NCBI GenBank assembly: GCA_001724265.1
Contig: MEDY01000063.1
Coordinates: 1 to 64,000, forward strand
Origin: Rhizaria sp. SCN 62-66
Taxonomy: Eukaryota
Reading direction: 5' to 3'
Length of the DNA stretch: 64,000 nt
The translations under genes were made by a program, and so were the position numbers. The notes beneath the pieces were generated by a model. That model did not search any database and was not told the DNA's origin. It worked only from the letters and a program-made list of their open reading frames with translations. Positions 10,992 through 23,518 of this stretch are shown here, piece by piece; the first letter of the stretch is position 1; every line of letters begins with the position of its first letter.

Positions 10992-12183
10992 ATGCTTCCC
11001 CACCGCTCCCTGATACTCTCCGCGCTCCTGGCCGCCGCGCTGGCGCTACTGGCATCCTCAGTCGCCGCCGCCTTTCCCTACTCGGAGCCGTCCTTCGGCG
11101 CGGGCGTCGCGGCCGACGGCGGAGCGCCCTGCTGCGGTCGCCCGCCGGCGTTCCCCGTCAAGCCGCTGGTGGCGTCGCCGCCGATGACGCGCGCGCACTT
11201 CGGCCCCTCGTTGGCCGCGCCGCCCGCGGAGTGGGACTGGCGCGACCACGCCCCGCTGGTGGACCACCTCTCGCAGCGCTCGGCCGTCACCTGGTGCGGC
11301 GCCTGCTTCGCCGCCGCCACGGCCGTGGCCATCTCTGACCGCTTCCGCATCGCGCACCGGCGCCGCTTCGGCCAGCGCCGCCTTTCGACGCAGGCGCTGC
11401 TCAACTGCGGCGGGCCCGTCGGCGCGGGCAACTGCAACGGCGGCAGCTGGGAGATGCTCTACGACCTAATCTCGCGCAAGGGCGTGACCGACGACACGTG
11501 CATGCCCTACATGGGGCTCGACCGGTCGGTGACGCCGCAGCTGCCATGCTGGGACACCATGTGCCGCGAGTGCACGCTTGACGGCTCCTGCCGCCTGATC
11601 CCGAACCCGCCCAAGTACTACGTGTCCTCCTGGGGCTCGGTCGCGGGCGAAAAGGACATGGTCGAGGAGCTCTACAACCGCGGGCCGCTGACCTGCTATA
11701 TCTACACGCATTTGCCCGAGTTCTCGACCTACAAGGGCGGGGTCATCCCGCACGTGCCCGTCACACCCGCGGGCAACATCACGCACGTCGTCGAGGTTAT
11801 CGGCTACGGCGTCGACGCCGAGACCAAGACGCCTTACTGGACCGCGCGTAACTGGTCGGGTACGCCGCTGTTTTCGTCACAGTTTATACTTATTCTTGCG
11901 ATTTTATTTGAATAGCTCACTTCTATAGCTGTATTCTACAATTTATTTTGTGTATCACGATGTTTCTCTGTGCGAATTACTGGATATTGTTAAGATGTGT
12001 TACTAGTACTCTAATATCTTATCATCACTTTTTCCTTTGTGCTCTTTACCGCTCGCTTTAGGCTCGCACTGGGGTGAGGACGGCTTCTTCCGCATTATCC
12101 GCGGCACCAACTCGATGAATATTGAATGGAATTGCGGCTGGGGCGTGCCCTCCTTCGAGCCCGCCGCCGAGGCCGGCCTCTAA
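10992..12183 (+). CDS. CTSZ: Cathepsin Z/X-like C1A cysteine protease, 329 aa
   Basis: Exons 10992-11859 and 12062-12183. Signal peptide, short propeptide with Cys, WDWR, SQ..WCGACFA, LSTQALLNCG, GVTDDTCMPY, ELYNRGPLTC, THVVEVIGYG, RNWSG|SHWGEDGFFRIIRG. Confidence 0.85.
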
Positions 12184-12612
12184 GCAATCTAAACAGATTC
12201 TTCTCTAAACAGACTCTAAGCAAGCTGTCTGCTGAGTAAAGCCTAAAGCTGCGCACTCGGTACAGCAGGTTGTGATGGCTTTAGATGGTTATATAATCCT
12301 ATTATTATGAGTATTAAATATGTTGTTCTATAGTTTACGTGATTTCACCACTACAATACATTATCTGTAGTGAATTTAACATGAATGTGACTTTGCATGT
12401 TAAGGTGACAGACTGGAGTGAAAAGAAAAAAGACTCTGCTTTATTGTTTGATCTAAATAATAAAAACAAGACAATGTAACACATTACATTTCACATTAAG
12501 ATTGTTTCATGTGGATATTGACTCTTGACTAAGACTAAATATGTCGTTTTGTTGCTAAGTAACGACGCCGCACTGAAGCCGCCGTGCTGCCGAAGACAGC
12601 CGAGCTTTTGCT

Positions 12613-14040
<1,428 letters not shown>

Positions 14041-14646
14041 GGCCCCGTGATCCTGTCACTTGCACACGCGATTACAGCGAACGGAGCGAGGAGACGGGAG
14101 TTGTAGTGCTGGTGTGACTGAGAGAGCCTATTGCGACTTTGTGAGCACAGGTAGCGACATAGGTAGAGTGTTCAAAGGTGTGAGTAACGATGTTAAAACA
14201 AATGTTAAGCCAAATCACACAAAATGCAAGTTATTATTGTAACAACGGAGAGTTCACACCGGGCCAAAGTGATTTCGATAAGTGAACTTTCTTTCGAAAT
14301 TGATCGTCCAAGGAGCGGTTCGCAAAAAATATTTCAATAGCAAGACCACTGCTGGAACGAAACGGCCACACTATTGATTCCATTCCTGTACTTTGAAGAG
14401 TCCTCTTCTTGATTTATCAAAACAATAACCTTTTAAAAAAACGTGCATATTTTTTTGTTCACAAATGGGTTTCGCGTTTGACGATCTATTTCTACCGCAT
14501 CACCTCGGTTTCAGTCCCCAATCTCCACTCATCTTCGTTCCATCACCTCCATCCACACGTGTCTCCCCAGCCTTTTCCCTTCACGCATTTGCTTTTGCAT
14601 CACACCCACTCTAGGTGCAGTGTCACAACCAACTCGCTTCTCCGCT

Positions 14647-16989
14647 ATGAGCAGCAGCAGTAACCCCAAGAGCGGCGGCTCCGGCTCCTCTGGCTCGGCG
14701 CCGCCGGCCCCGCTGCCGCAGAAGGCGCCGCTGGCCAAGTTCCGCCCCGCGAACCCGCGCGTGGGCGACCGCATCTGCACCGAGATCAAGGGCCGGCCCT
14801 GGATTGCGGGCGCCAAGTTCGAGACGCCCGCGCTGTACCAGTCTCCACCTACAGACGTCGTCGCGGACCGGCTAGCGAAGCAGGGCCCCTGGTCGAACCC
14901 GCGGTCGAACCTGGGCACCGTCGTCGGCGCCTCGGCCAACCGGCGCGAACTCACCGTGCGGCTCGACGAGCGCCGCGACCAGAAGCCCCACAACGTGACG
15001 CTCGACGCACGCCTCGTTGTCGACGGCTCGGGCGGCCGCACCTTATCGAACCAGCAGGTCGGCCTTCTGATCGAGACCGTGGTTCGCGAGGAGAAGGCGC
15101 TCGAGCGCCTCCACGCCAGCCGCCTGCGCGAGGCCGCCGCCGCCGCGGACGCCGCCACGGCTGCAGCTGCCGCCGCTGCGGCCGCCGCGGCCACCGACGC
15201 CGAGGCTGAGGCCGCCGCGGCCGCGGCCGCCAACGCCAGCGCGACGGCCGCTGCGGCCGCGGCCGCGGCCGCGGCCGTGGTGGCGTCGCTGGTGGTGGCC
15301 GACCCGGCGGCGGTGGGCAACACGCTCCCGCTGGCCTCGGTTAAGGCGCAGGGCGAAGCCATCGCCTCCCGGCTCGCGCGCCGCCAGGCGGCCATCCAGA
15401 GCCAGAGTCACGGTTACAACCACGGTCTCAACAGCAGCGGCAGCGGTGCGCGGGGCGGCGTGGCCGCGCCGGCCAACGGCGAGGTGCTGGTGGTACGGGG
15501 CGACGACGGCACCGAGACGACGATCGTGGTGCCCTTCCATGTCTCGCAGATCACCGTCCTGCCTACAGGGCCCGCCACCGGCAGCGCCAACAACGAGACT
15601 GCGAGCGCCGGAGCCGCGGGCAGCGCGCCTGTTGCTGTGGCGGGCGCTAGCGGCGCCGCCCCGGCTTCCGTGGGTCTGGTCGCCGCGCCCTACGCTGCCC
15701 CGTACATGCCGCCCTCGTCCAACGGGCTGCAGTCGGAGTCGCAGGCGGCGCAGTACGCCGCGCTCATGTCCGGCGCTGGCTCGGCTGCCCACGCCCACGG
15801 TCACGGGCACTCTGCCGGCGCCGCTGCCGCCGCGGCCGCGCTGGCTGCCGTCGCGCCCCGACCCTCGTCGCGCGCGGGCCGCGTCCGGCCGCAGACGCCG
15901 GTGCTGTCCTTCGCCGCCGCGCCCACCGCGCCCGCCGCGCCCGCGCCCGCCGCCGCCGCTGTGTACAGCAACCACGCCGAGGCCAGCGCCGGCGCCCGGC
16001 ACAGCGGGTACAAGCCGCAGCCGCAGCCGCAGGCCCAGTACCAGGGCGCACAGTCGCAGTCTGCGGCCAGCAGGCGCGCCGCCACGGCATGGCTGGCCGC
16101 TGGCGCTGCTGACGCTGCTGGCTCTGAGCAATATGACGAGTACGCGCCGAGCAACGCAAGCACGCGCTCATTCATCAATAATAGCAGCTCCGCGAGTCAG
16201 AGCACTGGCGGCGGCTTTGCCAGCGCCGGCCGCCCTTGCACCCCATCCGGCCAGCCCATCACCTGGGTCCCAGCGCCGGCCCCCGCCCCCGCCTCCGCCC
16301 ATAGTAGCGCCCACACCGGTGCCGCGGCGCCGTCCGTACCGAGCAACAGCAACAGTGCGAGTGCAAATGCGAGCGTGAAGCGCAGCCAGACCGGCCGCCC
16401 CTCGGCCCGCGGCGCCGGCCACAGCAGGCCCCAGTCCGCCTTCGCCTTGGGCCCCAGCCACGCGCAGTCTCAGTCTCAGTCTCAGCAGCAGGGCGGCGGC
16501 TGGGGCGGCGGCCAAAACTCTTTCACCGCCTCCGGCCCAGTCTCTGGCCCCGCAGTCTCCGGCGGTTTCAGCGCTGTGCCGGGCCGTGCAGTGACCCCCG
16601 TGACCCCCGGGCTGGCGCTCAAGCACAACAGCACGGCGCGCCCCTCCAGCGCCCGATACGGCGCCGGGAGCAACGCGGCGTTCGGCGCGGCGTTCAGCGC
16701 GACCCAGCCCAGTAGCTCGTTCCTGCGCCAGGACTCGGCCGCGGTCGTCGCCACGGGCGCCGGCGGCGGGTACAGCGGCTTCTCGGGGACTTCAAGTGGG
16801 CTCGGCCCGCAGACCACGCCGCGGACCGTGGGCGGGGCCGTGGGGACCGTGGGTGCGGGGACCGGGAGCGCGAACCCCAAGCGCGCGAGCGGGGTCGGTG
16901 TGGGCCGCGCCCAGAACAGGACCGAGCGGCTCGACTTCCAGAACTTCATCTCGCCCGCCGCCACGGCTAGTGGCGGCGCTTACTACTGA
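14647..16989 (+). CDS. Hypothetical protein, 780 aa, intronless: globular N-terminal region plus an Ala/Gly/Ser-rich disordered tail
   Basis: Long GC3-biased ORF from ATG 14647 to TGA. The first roughly 150 aa are high complexity (RVGDRICTEIKGRPW..NLGTVVG..LTVRLD). The tail has repeated RPSS/RPQT/RPSA/RPQSA motifs. Confidence 0.75.
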   Translation: MSSSSNPKSGGSGSSGSAPPAPLPQKAPLAKFRPANPRVGDRICTEIKGRPWIAGAKFETPALYQSPPTDVVADRLAKQGPWSNPRSNLGTVVGASANRRELTVRLDERRDQKPHNVTLDARLVVDGSGGRTLSNQQVGLLIETVVREEKALERLHASRLREAAAAADAATAAAAAAAAAAATDAEAEAAAAAAANASATAAAAAAAAAAVVASLVVADPAAVGNTLPLASVKAQGEAIASRLARRQAAIQSQSHGYNHGLNSSGSGARGGVAAPANGEVLVVRGDDGTETTIVVPFHVSQITVLPTGPATGSANNETASAGAAGSAPVAVAGASGAAPASVGLVAAPYAAPYMPPSSNGLQSESQAAQYAALMSGAGSAAHAHGHGHSAGAAAAAAALAAVAPRPSSRAGRVRPQTPVLSFAAAPTAPAAPAPAAAAVYSNHAEASAGARHSGYKPQPQPQAQYQGAQSQSAASRRAATAWLAAGAADAAGSEQYDEYAPSNASTRSFINNSSSASQSTGGGFASAGRPCTPSGQPITWVPAPAPAPASAHSSAHTGAAAPSVPSNSNSASANASVKRSQTGRPSARGAGHSRPQSAFALGPSHAQSQSQSQQQGGGWGGGQNSFTASGPVSGPAVSGGFSAVPGRAVTPVTPGLALKHNSTARPSSARYGAGSNAAFGAAFSATQPSSSFLRQDSAAVVATGAGGGYSGFSGTSSGLGPQTTPRTVGGAVGTVGAGTGSANPKRASGVGVGRAQNRTERLDFQNFISPAATASGGAYY

Positions 16990-17794
16990 GGGCAGAACAG
17001 AGTGGAACATATCAGTGGTTGACTGACTGAGCTTGAGCTGTGAGCTGCGAGCTTTGTGAGCGAGCGCGGGCGTATTGTCCAACGAACATGAGTTTATTCT
17101 TAACTGGCAGGACTTCTGCATTTGAGAACTTATCTTTGTTTTGTATGTCTTGTCTAACTGACTTTATTAGTTACTATATTTTAATTTTATCTCTCTGTGC
17201 TGCTGTCTTTGTGTCTTGCCGTCCGCTTTTTATCGTATCTGCGTCACTGTGTTCGTCCACAGCTCCTCTCGGAGCGATGCGGCCAAGCCCAGGTCTGGCT
17301 GCTGATGACGAAAAATAACAACCATACACTGTGTCTCCCTCTGAACATTTATTAACAAACATTCTTTAGCGATAATAATCAATTTTCAAGTTGTACACTT
17401 TGCTTTTGTACTGGAAACCAGTGCGCTGCCCACAGTCACTTGGCTGCAGCGGCTGATTGGTCGAGGAGCCGAGAGCGGGCCGATTCGAACAGGGCGGCGA
17501 GTTCTTTTCCTTAGATTAGAGCGGGATCCCGTTGTTTGTTTTGCCTGATTTTACTCTGAATAGAGTTTTATGACTGTGATTTATCTCAATTCTTTTTTCG
17601 TTTTTGCTCTGCGTTCGTAGACCCGCGCTTTCTGTGCCCCCACAGGACCGCCTTTCGTTTGCCGCAACCGTCAAGTGTTTCAGGAGGACTCGTATCCCCC
17701 CGAAGCTCTTCCCGCTTGTTTCCGCGCTCGGTTTGCGTGTTTTCCTTAACAGCAAGAGGGACCCCGCGCCGGGTTGTAGCGCTATTCACACACA

Positions 17795-19969
17795 ATGTCA
17801 TCCGCCGAAGTTATCGCGGGTCTCTTTGACGACAGCGACGACGACACCACGACGCAGACCACCGCCTCCTCGGTCCCCGTCGTCGCTGCCAACGCAACTG
17901 CTGCCGATGAGTCCGCACCCGTGACGAGCAACGCCGCGGCCGCCGCGATTGCCAACGATCTCTTTGATGATGACGACGACGACGAGGCGGAGAACGCCGT
18001 CAGCAGCAAGGCTGCCAAGGCCGCTGACTCCGCTGCCCCTGCTGCGAGCTCGCGCAAGGTCGCGTCGTCCTTCGGTATCATCCGCCGGCCGCGCGCGGCC
18101 GTCGCCAAGGGCCCCCCCAAGCTCGTCGCAACCCCCGCGCTCCCGGCTTCGTTCCTCCCAGCGCCTCACGTCGCGAGCGACAGCTCCAGCTCTTCTCGCG
18201 CCAGCGCCAGCGCAGACTCGGTGCGCCCGTCGTACCCGGCGTCGGCGTCGGTGGCGGTGCTGTCGCTGCCGTCGATGCTCGCCGTGACCGACGCGCCCTT
18301 TTCGCCCGCGACCTTCGACCCCGCCGCGGCGGCCGCTCTGCTGTCCCCGGCGCGCGCGGCCATCTCGCAGGGCGCGCTCGGCGTCGTCCGCTGGCGCCAG
18401 ACCGCCGCCGGGCCGCAGTCCAACGCGCGCCTCGTGCGCTTCGAGGACGGCACGCAGCTGCTGCAGGTCGGCGACGAGCTCTTCTCGCTGCAACGCGATA
18501 AGACAGACCCCCGCGTGCCCAGCTTCGTCTTCGCGCAGCTCCCGGTCACCGATTCGCCGCTCGACCAGACCGCCGCCGCCAAGGCCGCCGCCGCTAAGGC
18601 CGCCGCCGCCAAGGCCGCCGCTGACGCCGCCACCGCGGCTGCTGCTGCTGCTGAGGGCAGTGACAGCGCGAGTGCTGATGCTGCCGCCGCCGCCGCTGCC
18701 GCCGCCGCCGCCGCTGCCGCCGCCGCCGCTGCTGGGTTTGTCCCGTCTGCGGCCGAGGGCTCTGTGATGACGGGCGTGGCAAGCGTGCTCGAGGGCGCCC
18801 CCGCGCTGCACTGCATCGCGCCCATCGCAGAGCGCATCAAGGTCAAGCCGGCCGTGCTGTCGGTGCGCACTAAGCAGGCCGTGCGCGAGACGGGTCGCCT
18901 CCTCACGCGCACGCGCGGCGTTGAGGCCAGCGACCAGCTCTTCTCCGCAAACGCGCTCGTACGTCGGAACTGAAACCGCGATAGATATTTCTTGAATTTG
19001 AGATATTTTTTGTTTTTTCTTTCCGTTTTAATGTTTTATATTTTTTCATTTGTTCTCTCATATCACTGTCGAACTTTGTTCCTATTGCGATGTATTCTGA
19101 ACAAACAAATCTTATCCCTCTCTCTCATTTCTTCCACATTTTGCACTGTTTTGCCTTTTCTTCCACAGATCGCTGAGCTGACGAAGCAGGCAAAGGAGGA
19201 GGAAGCCCGTCTGCGGCGCCTGGACCGCTCTTCGCTCAAGGACGCGGCCCAGTCGGCGTACCGCTCTGCCATCTCCGGATCCGCCCACGGCCACCCCTCC
19301 GGCCAGAGCGCCAGCTCGAAGCTCTTCGCCTCGCTCGGGCTCGGACCCGGCCGCCGCGCCGGCGGCAGCGGCGGCGCGGGCGCGGACGGGTTCGAGTACG
19401 ACGACGCGGCCTTCGACGAGCTCGATGGCGACGACGACGACGGCTACGGCCGGTCCAGGGCCCGCGGTGGCGCCGGCGCCGGCAGCAGGAAGCGTGCTGC
19501 GCCGAGCGGCAAGGGCCGCCGGGGCGCGCGCGCGGGGGACAGCGAGAGCGAGGGCGAGAGCGTCGGCGAGAGCGGCGACGACGACGAGGAGGAGGACGAC
19601 GGTGCCGACATCGAGGGGCTCATCGCGAGCGACGAGGACGATGACGACGAGGGAGAAGAGAGCGAGTTTGGCTCGGACTCTGGCAGCGACGCGGGCGGCC
19701 GCAAGAGCAGCAAAGCTTCCAAGAAGGGCAAGAGCAGCAGTAGCAGCAAGCGCAGCGATAAGAAGGACAAGAAGGACAAAAAGGACAAGAAGGAGAAGAA
19801 GGAGAAAAAAGAGAAGAAGGAGAAGAAGGATAAGAAAGACAAGAAGGACAAGAAAGCCAATGGCGAGGACGAGGACGAGGACGAGGTCACCAGCAAGGGC
19901 AAGCGCCGCCGCGTCGTTGTCGCCGACGACGACGAGGACGACGACGACCTGGTCGACCACTCCGAATGA
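17795..19969 (+). CDS. LEO1: RNA polymerase II-associated PAF1 complex subunit Leo1, 654 aa
   Basis: Exons 17795-18958 and 19169-19969. Leo1 core motif VVRWR..QSNARLVRFEDGTQLLQVGDELF; acidic and Lys-rich C-terminus. Confidence 0.85.
19760..19856 (+). repeat. Coding 9-nt tandem repeat encoding (KKD/KKE)n in the Leo1 C-terminus
   Basis: About 11 units of aagaaggac/aagaaggag. Confidence 0.85.
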
Positions 19970-20477
19970 GCACGTTATTCACACTACACACAGTTTTGTC
20001 AGCGCTAAATGATCCGAACGAGACGAGACAGCGGCTGCGGCTGCTACATTGATTGTGGTTGATAGTGTCGCGTTGTAATTCTGTGTCTATCTTTTGTTTC
20101 CTGTGAGTGTTTGTGTTCAGGTGCAAACATGTACTTCGAGTTTCTGCTTTGTGCCTGTCCGTGTTTGTTTTCTCTTTGTTTCAGTAAAATAGTTATTAAG
20201 TCAATTCGTAGAACAGCTGTTTCTTTATGTTTCATTCTATATATGTATACTCTATATATTGTGCTCCTGCATGAGCACTTAAATACACAACTGCCTCAAC
20301 TTTCACAGGGTTCAATCTAATCTACTAGCGTTGTATTGAACGATTGGTCCAAGGCTCAAGTCTTCGCATCAGCCTCATAGCTGGCCCTAGTTTGGGCCTA
20401 ATCTGCGCCACTCACTGTATTCACTCGCTCAGACACTCCCACGGATCCTCACATTGTCGAATCTCACAACATTCACC

Positions 20478-21451
20478 TCACGCAGTGTTCCCGGCCGCCG
20501 CCGCGGCAGCTCCAGCGGCGGCCGCGGCGTTTTCGTCGTCCTTGGGGAAGCGGCGCGTGTGGACCAGGTGGCTGCCGATGACGACGCGGTAGAAGGACAG
20601 CGGGTGGTAGTCCTTCATGTAGTGTCCGCCTAGACGCAGGTTGGTGACGGCCACGCGCGCGGGCACGAAGCGGCCCGCGCGCGCCTTCTGCTCGCGGCGG
20701 ATCTCGGCCGCCTCGAACTCGGCCACGGTCAGGAAGCCCCACTCGTAGCAACATTGGTCGAACTCCTCGGGCAGCACGATCGTAAGGGGGTCCACGTACT
20801 TGTCGCCCAGCGCGCGCTTAGCCTCCTCCTCCTCTTCTTTGATCTAAAAAGCGGGCGAATACAAAGGTTTGGAAAGAGTGAGAAAGACGTTTAAAGTGAA
20901 GACATTCACATAAATATAGTATCAATTCAACGGGAGTTCAAACGAGATATGAAATACAAAGTTCATCGGGCTTCACGCTGAAGCGAGTCGATATAGCGTA
21001 CCATTTCGAGCTTCTTCGGTCCTGACTCGCGTTCGACGCGGCGGTAGAAGACCTCCTTGGCGAGGCGCTTGCGGGCCTTGATGCGCTCGTCGTAGTACAG
21101 GCGCTTAAAGTCCTCGACGAGCATGTCGGGCGAGCACACGACCTTGGTGGCCGAGGTCAGCGGCGCGATGCAGGGCGCCTCTTGCTCGCTTTCCTTGCCG
21201 CGGGCCGCCGTGTCGACCGCGCGGCCCTCGTGTGAGGCCTGGTAGTTATTCGCGGCTGTCGCCGAGGCGTTGCCGGAGAGCGTGTCGTCGTACTGTTGCA
21301 CGATAACGTGAAAGTGGCGCTCGGGCATCTGCTTGTGTGTGTCCATGGCGGCCACGAAGGTGTTGAAGTCGACGTCCCACTTGTCCATCACGCACGAGTC
21401 CAGCGACGCCTTCGCGCGCTCGTGCACGAACGGGAGGTTCTTGTGCGACAT
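20478..21451 (-). CDS. Hypothetical protein, 271 aa, with a ubiquitin-like fold split by two insertions
   Basis: Exons 21451-21002 and 20843-20478. Segments HFHVIVQQY / TKVVCSPDMLVEDFKRLYYD / NLRLGGHYMKDYHPLSFYRVVIGSHLVHTRR parallel the ubiquitin beta-grasp elements. Confidence 0.7.
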
Positions 21452-21887
21452 TGGCTCTCAGACGGTCTGTTAACGCACACTCACAATCCTATTGCTCTCT
21501 CAGGGGCGTCAGCAGGGGCGGAAACGGTGAGGGAAAGCTGAGGACAAAAGAGAAAGCAAGAGGAGTAGAGTGAGACAGGGTCCGAAGGTGTATCAAGGGA
21601 TGGCAGCACTTTCAAGATATTTAATTACAAAAAGTGAAGTAAACAAAACGTTTTTAGCGCCATACAACAACCACAAACAATTTAACGATGAAGTGATAGA
21701 GATTGAGCGTCATTAAGATCCGCCCTAAGAGTAACGCTTTCAGCCAGCCAGCCAACGGGTGGCCGAGTCTCGACTGCAAGTCAGACTGGCGAGTGACCGT
21801 GAGCCCTTACAGCCCAGGACTCAACCCTTAGACGGAGGCCAAGAAGCACGCCTGGTCGGGACCGGACAACCCCTTCGACGCGGCGCA

Positions 21888-22472
21888 ATGAGCCCTAGAC
21901 GCACGCTTTTATGCACGTGATTATTTGCAAAGCTGGGCACTGCTGTTTTATTGCCTATGTTTGACCCATGTCTCCACTGACGGAGTTTTGCGTGATTTCT
22001 CACCCGTTTTCCCCTTCCCTTTTGCCCTACTTTTGCTCCCGACAGAAGTCATCATGCCCATGGACCTCCCTGAGCGCCGCATCGTACGTATTACGCTCTC
22101 TCATATCGCTTTTAGAAAACCACACTTCTTATCCTATCTTTCAGTCATTCTCATGCACTTCATCCGCCAACGCTTCCACATCAAATGCTCACTCCTGTCC
22201 TTGCTTCCTCTTCCCGCTCGCTCTGCCCTTGCTCTGCCTGCCTTGTGATTGTTCCACCCGCACAGTTCGTGGCCCAGATGCTGACCATCCCCGTCGCCCT
22301 CGGTCTCTGCACTCTGACCCTCAAGACTAAGCCCGCGTTCTCGCACACCAAGTCCATGCCCGACCTGCACCGCTCCATCGGCACCCTCGGTCGCACCATG
22401 GGCTTCTTCGGTGGCCTCTCCCTCGTCGCCGCCGGCATCGCCGTCGCCACCCGCAACAAGACCTTCGACTAA
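21888..22472 (+). CDS. Small two-TM protein (78-85 aa), possibly a Tim17/Romo1(Mgr2)/NDUFA11-like mitochondrial inner-membrane protein
   Basis: The exons 22054-22083 and 22266-22472 (GTACGT...CAG intron) are secure. An extra first exon 21888-21900 is possible via a GC-AG intron. Extreme C/G-ending codon bias; two hydrophobic segments, ending GRTMGFFGGLSLVAAGIAVATRNKTFD. Confidence 0.65.
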
Positions 22473-23518
22473 GCGCCTCCACCGCTTTCTCGCTTGCTCA
22501 GCAGCCGTTGTCGCCACCGACCATGAACGCCGCTGCGTCTTTGCGGTGTGCTGGCGTGCCACCAAAGTGCGCTTTTGCTCTATAAACGAATCTCAATGAG
22601 CGATGAGCGCGCTTGACGTGACACGACTGCCCGCGCATTCCTCCAACGCCTCCACGTTTGTCTGCTACCGCTATTGCCGCTGCAGCTGCGCTTGCGACGC
22701 GCGTGAAGGCACGACACCCGCGCCCTCAGCTCCGACACGCACTCACTGTTACAGTCCAATTTCTCTGTGAACCGAGTCCGAGCCAGACGGCGCGCGCGCC
22801 GCGGTGCGTCTGCCCTTTGCAGCGCCCGCGCCCGCGCGCCCTCGCTCCCGCGTACCACACCTTTCCAACTGCAGGCTCTCACGTCCGCTAGCACCCTCGC
22901 TCTGCTCTGCTCTCCCTCGTTCCGGCTGCTGTCACGAACAACGCATTCGTCCAGCGCGGAGCCTTTTTGTTTTTCTGCGAGAGCGAAGCAGCGCTAGTGA
23001 GACGAGTCGTAAGAGAAGGTGTGGCTCCGCGAGAGGCTCGATCCAACCAGCTGTGTTTCCCTGTATGGCGATGCGAGTTCTACGTCCGAATTTCTGTAGA
23101 CTTCTCATCGTTGGCAGAGAAAATGGAGCTCTGTCCCGCGCTGTCAACCCACAACAATCCCTTTCGACTCTATTTTATATACTTTAGATATAAATACATC
23201 CTAAATAACTTAAACCAATAGCTTTTTCAGAGCGCAAGTGACAATTTAAACGTATTTTTTTGTATTCTATTATGAGCACACGCTCTGACAGGCTGTACTT
23301 GCGAGTCGATATACACTTCGACAAACGCAAGACCAGTTCTTTGTGGAGCCCACATCAACTGCGCGCATGCCCCATTCATGCATCACACCAACCACCCCTC
23401 CTTCCGGCAACTTCTTTCACAACACATCAAACCCCTAACACAGCAAAGCCCCTGAACGACGATCACTGCGAGTGAACGGTGCACCGTAGAATCTTTGCTA
23501 GAACCACTTACGTCGCAC

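Noticed and set aside
17482-17490. GTTCGAATC tRNA T-loop-like motif on the minus strand
   Set aside because: The flanks do not form a T-stem or cloverleaf. It lies in the LEO1 upstream region next to a CCAAT-like box.
22500-23500. GC-rich patch between convergent genes as a gene or snRNA
   Set aside because: There is no codon-biased ORF, consensus intron pair or recognisable snRNA/snoRNA motif. It is probably 3' UTR or intergenic.
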